Source: Guillardia theta CCMP2712
Lineage: Eukaryota > Protista > Cryptophyta
Assembly (NCBI RefSeq): GCF_000315625.1
Contig: NW_005434526.1
Location: 1-59,413 of the forward strand
Length of the DNA: 59,413 nucleotides
Reading direction: 5' to 3'
In this document: one piece after another, positions 12,680 to 23,385 of the stretch
Position numbering within the stretch: position 1 is the first letter of the stretch
Layout of the letters: the number at the start of each line of letters is the position of its first letter
Notes under the pieces: generated by a model
What the model saw: the letters and a program-made list of their open reading frames with translations, nothing else
Told to the model about the DNA's origin: nothing
The model's database searches: none
Position numbers and translations under genes: made by a program

Positions 12680-13134
12680 GGAATCAAGCTAGAAAAGTCT
12701 TATAGATGCATATTTACGATAACATTCCAATCGTGTTTTTAATCTTTCATGGTGGAATGAAAAAAAACTACCCTGGACCTCGTTCTTCATCCTCAAAACA
12801 AAACAAAAGCTGGGAGAGCTTCAGTGAACAACATAGCAAAGACATTACAACATCGACATGTTCATGTACAACCAAAGACGAGTTGATGTGAAAGATGCAG
12901 CATGCCAAGAACAAGCAATGAGCCATGCATGGGAAGGGATGGAGAACTCGAGCGGAACAGACATGGAAGACTAGGAGCGAAAGGGGTACGAATGGGCGGG
13001 TGAAGAGAATAAAATAAGGAATGGAAGGAGAATGGGAAAAGAGAGGGGGTGGGGCCACTAGGCGACCCTCCGCCGGTTGAGGCTCTGTTTAAGGGTGAAA
13101 GGGGAGGCCAACTTGCTTATCCAAAATTGAAGGG

Positions 13135-13236
13135 GCAGGAGCAGGAGCAGAAGCAGGAGCAGGAGCAGAAACAGGAGCAGGAGCAGAAACAGGAGCAGAA
13201 GCAGGAGCAGAAACAGGAGCAGGAGCAGGAGCAGAA

Positions 13237-13334
<98 letters not shown>

Positions 13335-13405
13335 GGAAGCATCAGGAGCTGAAACAGCAGGAGCAGCAGGAGCAGTGGCAGGGAAGGAGCAGGAGCAGGA
13401 GCAGG
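13135..13405. repeat. (CAGGAG)n hexamer satellite with CAGAAA/CAGAAG variants
   Basis: Read directly; the same unit occurs inside an intron near 55480. Confidence 0.9.
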
Positions 13406-14842
13406 GGCAGCGACAAGTGCAGGAGGAAAGAAGTGCAGAAGGAAGGCGGGGGGGGGGAGGGTTGGGAGGTAAAAGAAAACTCGAAGAGAACGAGGAGAGC
13501 ACGCAAGCAAGAGCAAGCAAAGAGAAGGAAAGGGGGAGGCAAAGAGGCTTGGAGGGGACTTGGGAGGGCGGGGAGGGGAGGGCGAGGACTGGGGCGAGGA
13601 CTGGAGGGAGGGGAGGGGGGAGGTTTTGGGCTTGGAGCCTTCGGGTGTAAATAAGGTAAATATTCCCCATAGTGACTTACTACCATTAATTTTACTTATT
13701 TTATAAGGCTACCGCCGGTCACGGCCACACGATGTTGATCCACCCCTGTATACCTCTTGTAACCACCCCACCTACACGTCAGGCCTTGAACTACCTCGTT
13801 TGTATCCTGTAACCTTGTCCTACCCTACCCTCGGCCTCCCTTCGACCTACCCCTACCTCCCAAGATATAACAAAATTTCCCCCTAGTTTAGGCACTGCCT
13901 CTGACGCCCTCTGAAGCGATGGCTGCCGGGACTGTCCCCGACCCGCATGCTGCCGCCCCCTCCTCGAGCACACCTGCTCTTCCATCTAACTGTCTCCTGC
14001 CATCCTCCTTCAGCCCTTGTTGATTTTCTGCCTCACCTTTTACTTGTCATTCGTTCCCTTCTTCATTCTCGCCCTTGCCTTATCTCGAACTGTTCCCTTC
14101 CCCCACATAATCATTGGTATATCAAAACTTGACGAAAACGTGTCAATGTACAGATTTCTTTACTATTTCATCTCCTCACATTATGATTTCACTTTTGTGC
14201 TCTTCTCTTAGCCGATCACTCAGCGCGTCCTAGAACCACTTCTCCTGTTGTAAACCTAACTTTGTCTGCGCGGCCTAGCATAGCCTGACCTACTCATTGC
14301 TCTGTTGTCAGAAATTCTCTTCTCCACTATCTTATCTCTGATGTCGTCAACTTTTGCTTCACTCTCTTGCTCTTGATTCCTGAATTTAATCACATTTTGA
14401 ACATGCACTCCGCCACACGCATACGTTAGGGTCGCTCAGTCTTTCCCTTTCAAGCTTTTTCCTTTGTTGCTGCCACATGCTTGAACGTCCATATTCTTGG
14501 TAAAATCTAGCATCACCACCCGATTTGTAAACAGACGTGATCATGTAGAGCTACTTGATAGCTTTATATATCAGCGATGGAAAAATTACACTCTTCTCTT
14601 TCCTAACAGCCTTCTGTCACGCTGTTCTCAATATCCAAACCCGATCGTGCTCCACTCTAGCTCTTTCTCTTGATCTTCTTGTACTAGAACATGATTCACT
14701 TCACTTCATGCCTCCTGTGAGACAACTTTGTGTTCTTGTCATGCTTTTCTTGAACGGATGAGACATCCGTTAGTTGTCTCATGTAGCTGACCATCCTGAC
14801 AGGGGTTGAAAACTTTATCGCTGTCAACGTCAGTTGGCAATC

Positions 14843-15337
14843 ATGCAGCAAGGGTCTCGATCTCCTCCCAGCACAATCCTGGTGCATCCACGCAGACGCA
14901 GGGGGGCTCCTCCTACCGCAACCATCCTTCCACCCATTCGTCTCCGCAGAGAGCAGGTAGAAGACTTGCAGAAGCGATACCGACAGTCCGATGCTGCGAA
15001 CTACCTCGGAATTTCTTTGACGGCGATGAAGAATGCGTGTAAGAAGCTTCGACTTGGCCCTTGGCCATGCTCACGCACTGGGGACGGAGAGGAGGAAGAA
15101 ACTACAGCAGGACGCGACGAGGAGAGAGACGAAAGCGAAGGAACTTCAACGGAGGTGATAGAAGAGATTTTGTTTGAGGAGGAGCTGGAAGAGGGAAGTT
15201 CCGACAAGAAGGAAGACATGGAAGGGGAAAGTGGAGCAAGGCAAGAAAATCTCGATCTTTCGCAGTCGATAGGAGGTCGCGACGTGAGATGGAAATCAGA
15301 GCTCCTTGATGAAGCCCTTGAACACGTGATGTCATGA
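14843..15337 (+). CDS. RWP-RK-like transcription factor (type B')
   Basis: RYRQSDAANYLGISLTAMKNACKKLRLGPWP; collinear paralog of 3739..4269 (PIRLRREQVEDLQKRYRQSDAA is identical). Confidence 0.85.
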   Translation: MQQGSRSPPSTILVHPRRRRGAPPTATILPPIRLRREQVEDLQKRYRQSDAANYLGISLTAMKNACKKLRLGPWPCSRTGDGEEEETTAGRDEERDESEGTSTEVIEEILFEEELEEGSSDKKEDMEGESGARQENLDLSQSIGGRDVRWKSELLDEALEHVMS

Positions 15338-16100
15338 CTTTGGCAGGAGCTTTTTTTTTTGTTTTTCTCGTCAATGGAGATGATTGAGAAAACAGGTTAA
15401 AGAGTTTCACGTTTCAGATTCTTTATGATTCCCAAGGGGATTTTCTCCTACTCCCATCTGCTGTTGACTACGTTACAAGACATCCTACAGGATTTTTCCT
15501 TCCTCTGGAACAAATCCTGCTGTTGCAAAAATATACATCTAAACTTTGTCTGTACTAAAATCTGTCTGAAATGTAGCGATTGGATTGCAAAATTTGTCTT
15601 TTATGCAGCATTTTTCAGGCCGCCACTATGTCAGTCCCTGAAGCTCAGTCTCATGTCGTTCTCCTCTGAAATTTCTCGCGACCCAACAAACAGGATCGGT
15701 GGTGTTGAAGAAAAGATACAAGAGAAGTTGATTGCAAGAAGATTGACGATGATCAGAAGCAGATACAACGCTCGCCATCACTCAGTCAACAAGTGCACCC
15801 GTTGACTCGATCGGCGAACGTCTGCAGAAGAAGGAAGACGAGAACGAGCGCCAGGAAGGCTCAAGATTAGAGTGGCAAAAGCCCACAATTAAGAGCTCCT
15901 GGACAGCCTCCTGATTTGTCACGTGGCTTGCCGAACATTACTGTTGTGAGCAAACGTGACACGCCAGCTGCATCGTGGAGCGCGAGAGAGATGGCAGGGC
16001 GGACAATGAAGGGGCTTTCGGACATACATTGCAATCTCTGCTAGCGGCAACTTAAAAGTTGACACCATGGAACAGTCGACACCAATCGGGTACATCACTC

Positions 16101-16201
16101 TTACATCCCCGGCATCTTGAAGCCTCCAGGCATTCCTGTCAACATCCGCCCGTCACTTCGAGTGCGGTTGAGCAAAAGAAACGACAACCTCCCATCCCCG
16201 G

Positions 16202-16258
<57 letters not shown>

Positions 16259-18314
16259 CCCCGGCATGCCACCCTTTCCTCCGCCCATCTTCGACTGCAG
16301 GAACGAGAGGTCACAGGGAGCGTCGAGGGCGCGAGCAAGTCAGACCTGAATCTTCATGATGAGGTTCATGATCTCCGGGTCGTTGGCGTACTTGGCCATG
16401 GCTGTTCAGCATCGCTCAGCAACTCATCGCCCTCAAGCTCAAGGAGGCTCAGAACCTGCCGGCCCTCCCGTTTGCATCTCCATCATGGCCTGCAACGACC
16501 CTGAGTGGCACCTCCCCTCACGAGCCTGCCTCAGTCCTACCTGCATCACTTTTGGGTTCTGCATCGCCATCATGATCTCCGGGTCATTGAAGATTTTCTC
16601 CATCCCGGGAGGGACGTTCATCCCGGCCCCCCCTGCCTGCTGCTGGAAGTCCATGAGACGTTCAGCTCTCTCCCGTGAGATCCTACCTCAGCCTGCTGAG
16701 CCCTTTCATTCTCCTCCTCCACCTCCTGCAAGTCGGGTTGGTGAAAACTTCAACGTTCTTGCTGGCACCATTTACCTTAGCTCTCTGCCTAATCATCTCT
16801 TCTCTGCGCCTCTCAAGTTCCTTCCTCTTCTCCTCTTCCTGCATGTGGCTGTAAGTGCATGAAGACTGGGGAGCTGAGACAAACCTCTTTCTTCAATTGC
16901 TTTTGCCTCTGCTTTGCTTCCTTGGCGTGAACCTAGAATTGCCCGTTTATCAGCACTCGCAGGCAACCTACAATTCACCTTGTCGGACTTGGGCTGAATC
17001 TGCTTGCGAAACTCGTCGGTGTCCTCGTCGAAGTCGATTGTTTGACCAGTTCCAAGGTCCTGAAAGGCAAAACCTTGAGGCATTAGAAACCGAGAATGGA
17101 TCATCGAACCTGTACAGCCTCCACCCACTTCCCGAGCATGGCGTAGGCCCTTCCTCTGGAAACCAGGGCTTGTTAAACTAGATCAGCAAGGAACTCCTCG
17201 CACCTTGTCTTGAAGGCTTTAGCAGAATCAGGGTTGATCTCGAGAGCCTTGTCTGTGGTTCAAGATCAACTTCTGACTAGCCAAAAACGCATGTAAGAAC
17301 GAACCCGTGTCACGCTTGGCTGCCACAGGCTTCTTCATCTTCAAAAAGCAGTTTCCTCTCGATGCGAACGCCATGGCCGTTGGCGAAAGTTTGATGATTT
17401 CAGTCCTGCAGGCAAGTGTGACCCTCCATCGAAAGGAGGTAGCGAAAATGTCTACCAGAGGTCTGCTGCTTTTGCATAGTCGCCATTGCCAGAAGCCTCC
17501 ATGGCCTGCGGCTTGAGCTCTGCGACCTGAAAGAACGATTATGAACGGAGGAGGCAAACACCTCGAAGACCTTGGCGTAGTCGTCGTCAGTAGGCTCTCG
17601 TGTAGGATCGCCCATATCTGGCATTACGCTGACGTCCCCTACAGAACTTGATTTACAACGGATGCAACGGCTGAGCACAGGGGACCATCTTCTTCACGAA
17701 CAATGTCCTCGTCGTCCTCCATGTCATCTTCTTCGTCCTCTTCTTCTTCTGTCATGTCGAATCAAACCAGCACCATTTCGATGTGAACCAAACAATGCAC
17801 TTGCTTGCAATCTCTTACCTTCAGCCTCTGCACGAGTACTCTGTTTGGATCTTTCGTTGCTTTCTGCACCAGACGTCTTGTCATCAGTTGGAATTCTGCC
17901 GCCATATTCCTTGATCAAATCACGGAGAAATCCAAGTTTTGCATCATTGATAAGTTCAGGGTTCTGTTCAGTTGAGGATCAGTCTGTCAGGAAAGCAATC
18001 ACTATCAAACTTCATCGTCAAACCTTTCGGATCTTCTCTACAACATTGGCTGCACCACTGACGTCTTCGTCGTTCAAAGTCGTGTCTTCATCATCCATCA
18101 CCTCCAACTCCACGCCCCCGCGGAGCCTCATGTTCAGGGATCGAGTTGGGCCCGCAAGGCTGCTGACATGTTTCCAACCGGGTGCTCCACGACCATTATT
18201 CCAGGCAGGTTCTGGCACATGACCAAGTTCTGACGCGTAGCAAGATGAGATGTTCTCGATGGAGAAGAGCAGGGAGAGCAGAGCGCTCAGTGCAAGCATT
18301 CTCGTCGCCGTCAT
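16101..18314 (-). CDS. ST13: Hsp70-interacting protein (HIP/ST13-like co-chaperone), multi-exon, with N-terminal targeting leader
   Basis: HIP-N-like NPELINDAKLGFLRDLIKEYGGRIP, TPR segment TEIIKLSPTAMAFASRGNCFLKMKKPVAAKRD, STI1/DP motifs FNDPEIMMAMQNPKVMQ and KYANDPEIMNLIMKIQ, and GGM repeats. Many ~50-nt introns; TAA at 16101..16103. Confidence 0.85.
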
Positions 18315-19209
18315 TGATCTGCACCTACTTCAGCGATTGAGAGTCCCACAACACAAAACAGTCAACAATGAGGTGGTTGAAATCGTGGTCGGTTCACGAT
18401 GTCTCACAGGACTACATCTATCCGGTACCGACTTCTCCCCCTCAAGCACAAAAATTGACAGACGAACTTCTTTCGAGGTGTCAACACACACACACGCGTA
18501 GCAACTGGGGAGCATTGTTGAGGGATCAAGTGCACACAGGCTCTAATGCTTTGCACGCTACCCATGAGGGAATTCCATGTATCGAATGCATGTTTTGCTA
18601 CCACTGCTGCTCATTCAGCACACGCATCACTGTGCACATTCAATGTGAAGGAACACCAGCACACGCATTCCCAAACCTCTCCCTTGATCGTTCATTCCGC
18701 GTTCTTCCTGGTCGGCGATATATCCCTTCTTTCGTCTTATCATGATTTCCCCTCCTCTGATCTTATACTCTGATCTTCTCTACTCTGTTCTCATCTTCTT
18801 TCATCTTCTTCGCATCTCTTCTTCCCTTCATCTCTTCTCCCCCTCTCTCTTCCCTCCTTCCTTCTTCAGTATCCTGCATCCCTTCCGCGCCATGATGCGC
18901 CCTAAAGTATACGACTACCCACCCACTCTAGTCATTCCTCAAGACCCTACCCTCCATCAATATCGTAATGTGAAGGCTTTCGTTTCTCAGTACCCACATA
19001 GACATGAAATTTCTTATTGATAATAATAGTAAAAGAGAGACATGACTTATTGTATGCCTTTTTTCAAACAGCAAAGAACCCAGTACCCGTATATTTGTAT
19101 CACCCTACCCGTACACGAGACACATGCCCCTCTCGAGGAATTCTTGTAGAACACCATTGGTAAGCTTACTTTACTCAAAGTTAAGTTAAAATCATTACGA
19201 GTAGGCACT

Positions 19210-19990
19210 TGGGCTCGTTTGCTGTCACCCGACCTCATCCCCGCTCCACCGTAACGGGCGCCGCCGCAGTGCCTCAGTGCTGGCCGGGCGGCGGGCATCG
19301 GGCAGCGATGGGCCTGCCGCCCGGGCACCAGGGCCGGCCATCATCAGAGTCCGAATGCTGGCCTGACCGTACCATCACGCGCCGCCCGACCGTCCGACGG
19401 CCGTCGGCGCCCGGCTGGGCCCCGGGGGCCCACGGCTCAGTGACTGGCTCGGCGCCGGCGCCGGGGGGCCGCTGAGTGATCGGATCCGGTGACTCTGTGA
19501 CCCGACGCAGGCACCGTCACGGTGCCCCGGGCGCCAAGGCCCGCAGTGAGGAGTCCGGGCCCGGGACGACCGTCCGATCATGGCATGTCGACGGTCCGAT
19601 CGATGATCATCGGATCCGCCGGGCCCCGCGGCCCACTGCCGCGGCTCCCGCCGGCGGCGGCGGGCCCGGGGGCCGCGCCGCCCGGCCCGCACTGCCATGA
19701 CAAGTCAACCGTTGAAGAGAACACGGTCCGATCCTGGCATCAGTGGCAAGCGGCCCAAGTTACCGTGGAATGCGCGCCGCCGGGCCGGGCCGGCCGTACC
19801 GGCGCCCCGGCGGGGCAATGCGGCCAACTTCGGCTAACTTGAACTTTCAACTTGCAAGGCGGTGGCACTGAGTGCCGCCGGGATCTCTCGGTCGCCGGGA
19901 CCACGACGGTACGGTCACCGTGGCACCGTCACGGCGGCACAGGCTGAGTGGCCGCCTTCAACTTCCCGGCCTGAGAGTCACTGGCCATGT
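19210..19990. other. GC-rich island dense in short palindromes (CCGG, GGGCCC, CGATCG, GGATCC)
   Basis: Composition seen directly; ORFs here are R/P/G/A-rich and unconvincing. Similar island at 51100..51945. Confidence 0.6.
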
Positions 19991-22836
19991 CAACTGCGTG
20001 TTATTCGCCCCTTTTCTGAAGTTGTCACGATCCTTCACTGGCATCGTGCGTATCAATTCCACACGAGGTGACCGTCTTCAAGGCTTGCTTGATTCAGCAT
20101 GCCATGATGCTCGAGTCAGATTCCGGTCAGAAGGCCTACAGACTCAATAATGAGTTACAACTTGTGCCCCGAAAGTGGAAAGCATAGCATCAGCATAATG
20201 AAACCAGCTTGGAACGGAAACAAGCATCCGAAGAATGGATCGAGAGATGCTGTGCAGCTGGCGATGAAAGCAGCAAACTTTTCAAGTTGAGGATGAACGA
20301 GTGAGTATAGCTATCCGGCGCTCAGTTCAGCATGCCAGGGCTGAGCTAAAGCCGACCAGGTGATCCTTGCTGGCAAGGACGTGAAGCTCATTACCTAGCA
20401 CGTGCAATAAGTGTGGGCGATATGATCTTGGGTCAGGTCTACCGCAGCTTACTTTGTATCGACTCATTCTATTATTCGAAGTTCTGATGAACGGCAGCAG
20501 TGGACCGAAGCAGCGTCAACAGCGCCTACGCAACTGGTTTGCATATCACGTTTACTCTCCTGCCGAGTCTACACATATTAACAAAGAGAAGAAGAACATA
20601 TAACGCATCTCATGTAGCCATCATATCTTACACACCACATGGAAGGAAGCGAGCATCAGTTTAGATGAAATGTCAGATGAAATGTCACGTCTCCGCATTT
20701 CTGGCCATAGTACCCCTCATCAATATATCGAGGCGTTCCCCTCCAGATCGAAGCCAATCATCCATCGAGTTGAAGGCAACGAGAATGGTCAGGGGGGTTC
20801 CAAGTGCCAAAGCTGACCAATCTCGTTTCCTTCAATCCGATAGGTTCTAGAACCCACCGAACCCCATATGACGGCCCGAGCAACACGCTCTGATACATTG
20901 ATAATGCTCCAATTGAATTATGCGATTGTCAGCCATTTTAGCATTATTCAGTCATCATTATTGTTGCATTGTCAAAGGACTAAGATGGGCCTTGGGGCTT
21001 GCCATGACCCGCACTCATGGGGACTTAACTACTAGGAACTCAGTCGGTGGACCCCTTGTCCTTCCTTTTGTACATCTACAGAAAGGTTTCCTTGAGAATA
21101 TGCCGTCTGTCCTGTTTGAATCCATCTGAGGACAAAAACTTGACGATCGGCACAGAGTGGAAGAGGGAGACTTCCGAATTTCTGCCAGTAGCCCCCCGTT
21201 GCGTCGGGTTTCATTTGTTATCGTCGGGGTTTTTCGTTTTTCTTCGACCCGTTTTGAAAACTCTTCTTTTCACACAACTCCTCGCATCTCACAGAAATCT
21301 TCGTTTGGATCGGGAGTTTTTTAAAAAACAGAGTAGTTAATTGAAGAGGTCAACCGGTATAAGCCTCTAAGAATACTATTTTCGGTTTGTAGCTCGAAAG
21401 TCTTCCATACACTAGCAAGTGTATTTCTTATGTAGAGCTCTAAGTAATTCACACCTAGCTTCTTTTCAATGCTCTCTGGAAATAGAAGGGTGCAGAGTCC
21501 TTTAGGTACTGCGTGCCAAGATCGAAGAGTGCATGGGCAGCAACACGACTTCTCAATATTCAAATTACCCAAAGTAAATTGAAAATATAGTCCAAAGTCC
21601 AAATCGCTTCCGGAGGGTGTTCCTATTTTAAAAGAGTATTTAAGCGTGGGGCGATGACTTTTAAAAAACTAATAGCTCCCCGCTCACATACTAATTTTAC
21701 GCCCGACCCCCGGAGCGGTCCGAAGGAACACACTTTTACATTCCCGCAGATACACCCGTTTCGAGAACCCCCTGGCGTACTCCTGACCACCCGTGTAGGC
21801 AAGAACCTCGTGTACCGATCGCTTTACCTCAGAAAGAGGCTATCTCGTGGTGGGTCACAATACTACCTTTTCGGCTATGTGGGGGGGTGGGGTCAGCAGG
21901 GCAAGGTGCTTTCTGTGTGGTCATGCAATTTTTCTTTGGACCCGTCCATTCCTCTACAAACGACCCCACTTTCGAGGAGCCACTGAAAACCCTAAGCCTA
22001 GAAGTATTTTTAAAGTCGTCACGGCTCAATGGTTATAAAGATGTTTTAAGGCGACCCCCGCCTCTCCGAGACTCCCCGGACTTTTGCGTTTGTACCAGAC
22101 AGACTGCATGCAGGTGTACCCTACCCTTCACGATAAGAAATTGAAATTACAAATTCTCTTTCATTGAAAATTTATCTTTGTTATTCAAAGTATAACCATC
22201 ATATTTATTTGATTTTGTACTATTTGACATAAATCGCAAATTGAGGTAGGTAGTACCCTCGACCTTGTCTTTTTTAGTTCCCACCCCTCCCACCCTACAT
22301 GTACCTCTCATTCGGTGTACCCTTCAACTCACCCCACCTACCCCAGATGTACCTCCTACCTACAAATGGAACACATTAGTACCAGAAATTTTCCTTGATA
22401 CCCCCCATTAAACCTGACCCCACATTACCCCTACCCCTCCATACCCAAGAGTGGGCAAGGAGTAAGAGGTGGCAGCATACGGTGTGGGACAAGAGCGCGG
22501 AGTCAGGAGCGGAGAGCACGTCGCAGAGAGACAGGTGTTGACTGTTGAGACTACTTTGAAGAGAGGTTGGAGTGGAAGAGAAGATCGGAAAGTTGTCCTT
22601 CCAAGAGATTTGATCAAGCTTCGGTCTATTGCGAAGAGTGTTTGGGCAGCAACGATCGGTTTCGATTTGGTGGTGGTCGACTTTGTAAGACGAGCGAGGG
22701 AGATTGGACTTCTGGTTCAAGCGCCAAGACCCAATACATTATCAACTGAAACACGCGGAAAGCTGCAAATTGAGTACCAACTGAGTCTTTTTTCACCGCG
22801 TGAAGGCAAATCCGATTTCGCTGGATTACTAATTGT

Positions 22837-23232
22837 ATGATACAAATGAACAAGACTGCCATCGTTCTCCCAAGAAAGCAGAATGGCGAAGGCGTTGCCA
22901 GCAAAGACCCTGTCTGCCTTGACATGGCCAAGATTAGCAGCCTCTTCAAAATGAGTATCTCGCTATCCGCACTGCGCAATGCTTGCCGTCATGTGGGGTT
23001 GGAGAAATGGCCGTACTCAAGGAACAGAGACAAGTCCGACATGTCTGACCATCAGGTGTTCTGCTCCGACGGCTCCAAGAGTCCATCGAGCTCATCTGAG
23101 GACGAGATGTATCCCGCCTACGGTTGCATGTGGGACGCCGGCCAGCGAGGTCTTCCTGTGAGCGAGGACTTGATGCAAGAAGCTCTTCAGCATGTTACGG
23201 GGGGCCGAGAGTTTGGGGTCAGGGTGTGGTAG
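22837..23232 (+). CDS. RWP-RK-like gene with an in-frame deletion in the domain (possible pseudogene)
   Basis: VLPRKQNGEG...LFKM-[gap]-SISLSALRNACRHVGLEKWPYSR, plus C-terminal DLMQEALQHV. Confidence 0.7.
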   Translation: MIQMNKTAIVLPRKQNGEGVASKDPVCLDMAKISSLFKMSISLSALRNACRHVGLEKWPYSRNRDKSDMSDHQVFCSDGSKSPSSSSEDEMYPAYGCMWDAGQRGLPVSEDLMQEALQHVTGGREFGVRVW

Positions 23233-23385
23233 ATCCGCTCCGAGGAAGGTCCAATTTCCATCTTGTACATGCTCTCTTGTCTGGTGAAAGACAGTTTTGG
23301 AGACTCTGTCTGCGCTACCTGTAGTCTGCTTTTTTCCTTTTGATTCGTTACTCGCTATAGCCTTTTTCCCACATCGGATGTTCGT

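Noticed and set aside
13049-13686. QE-repeat, poly-Leu and AP-repeat ORFs
   Set aside because: Open frames arise from a stop-free (CAGGAG)n satellite that also appears in introns.
19047-20150. ORFs in the GC islands (also 51022-51944)
   Set aside because: Low-complexity R/P/G/A translations expected from the base composition.
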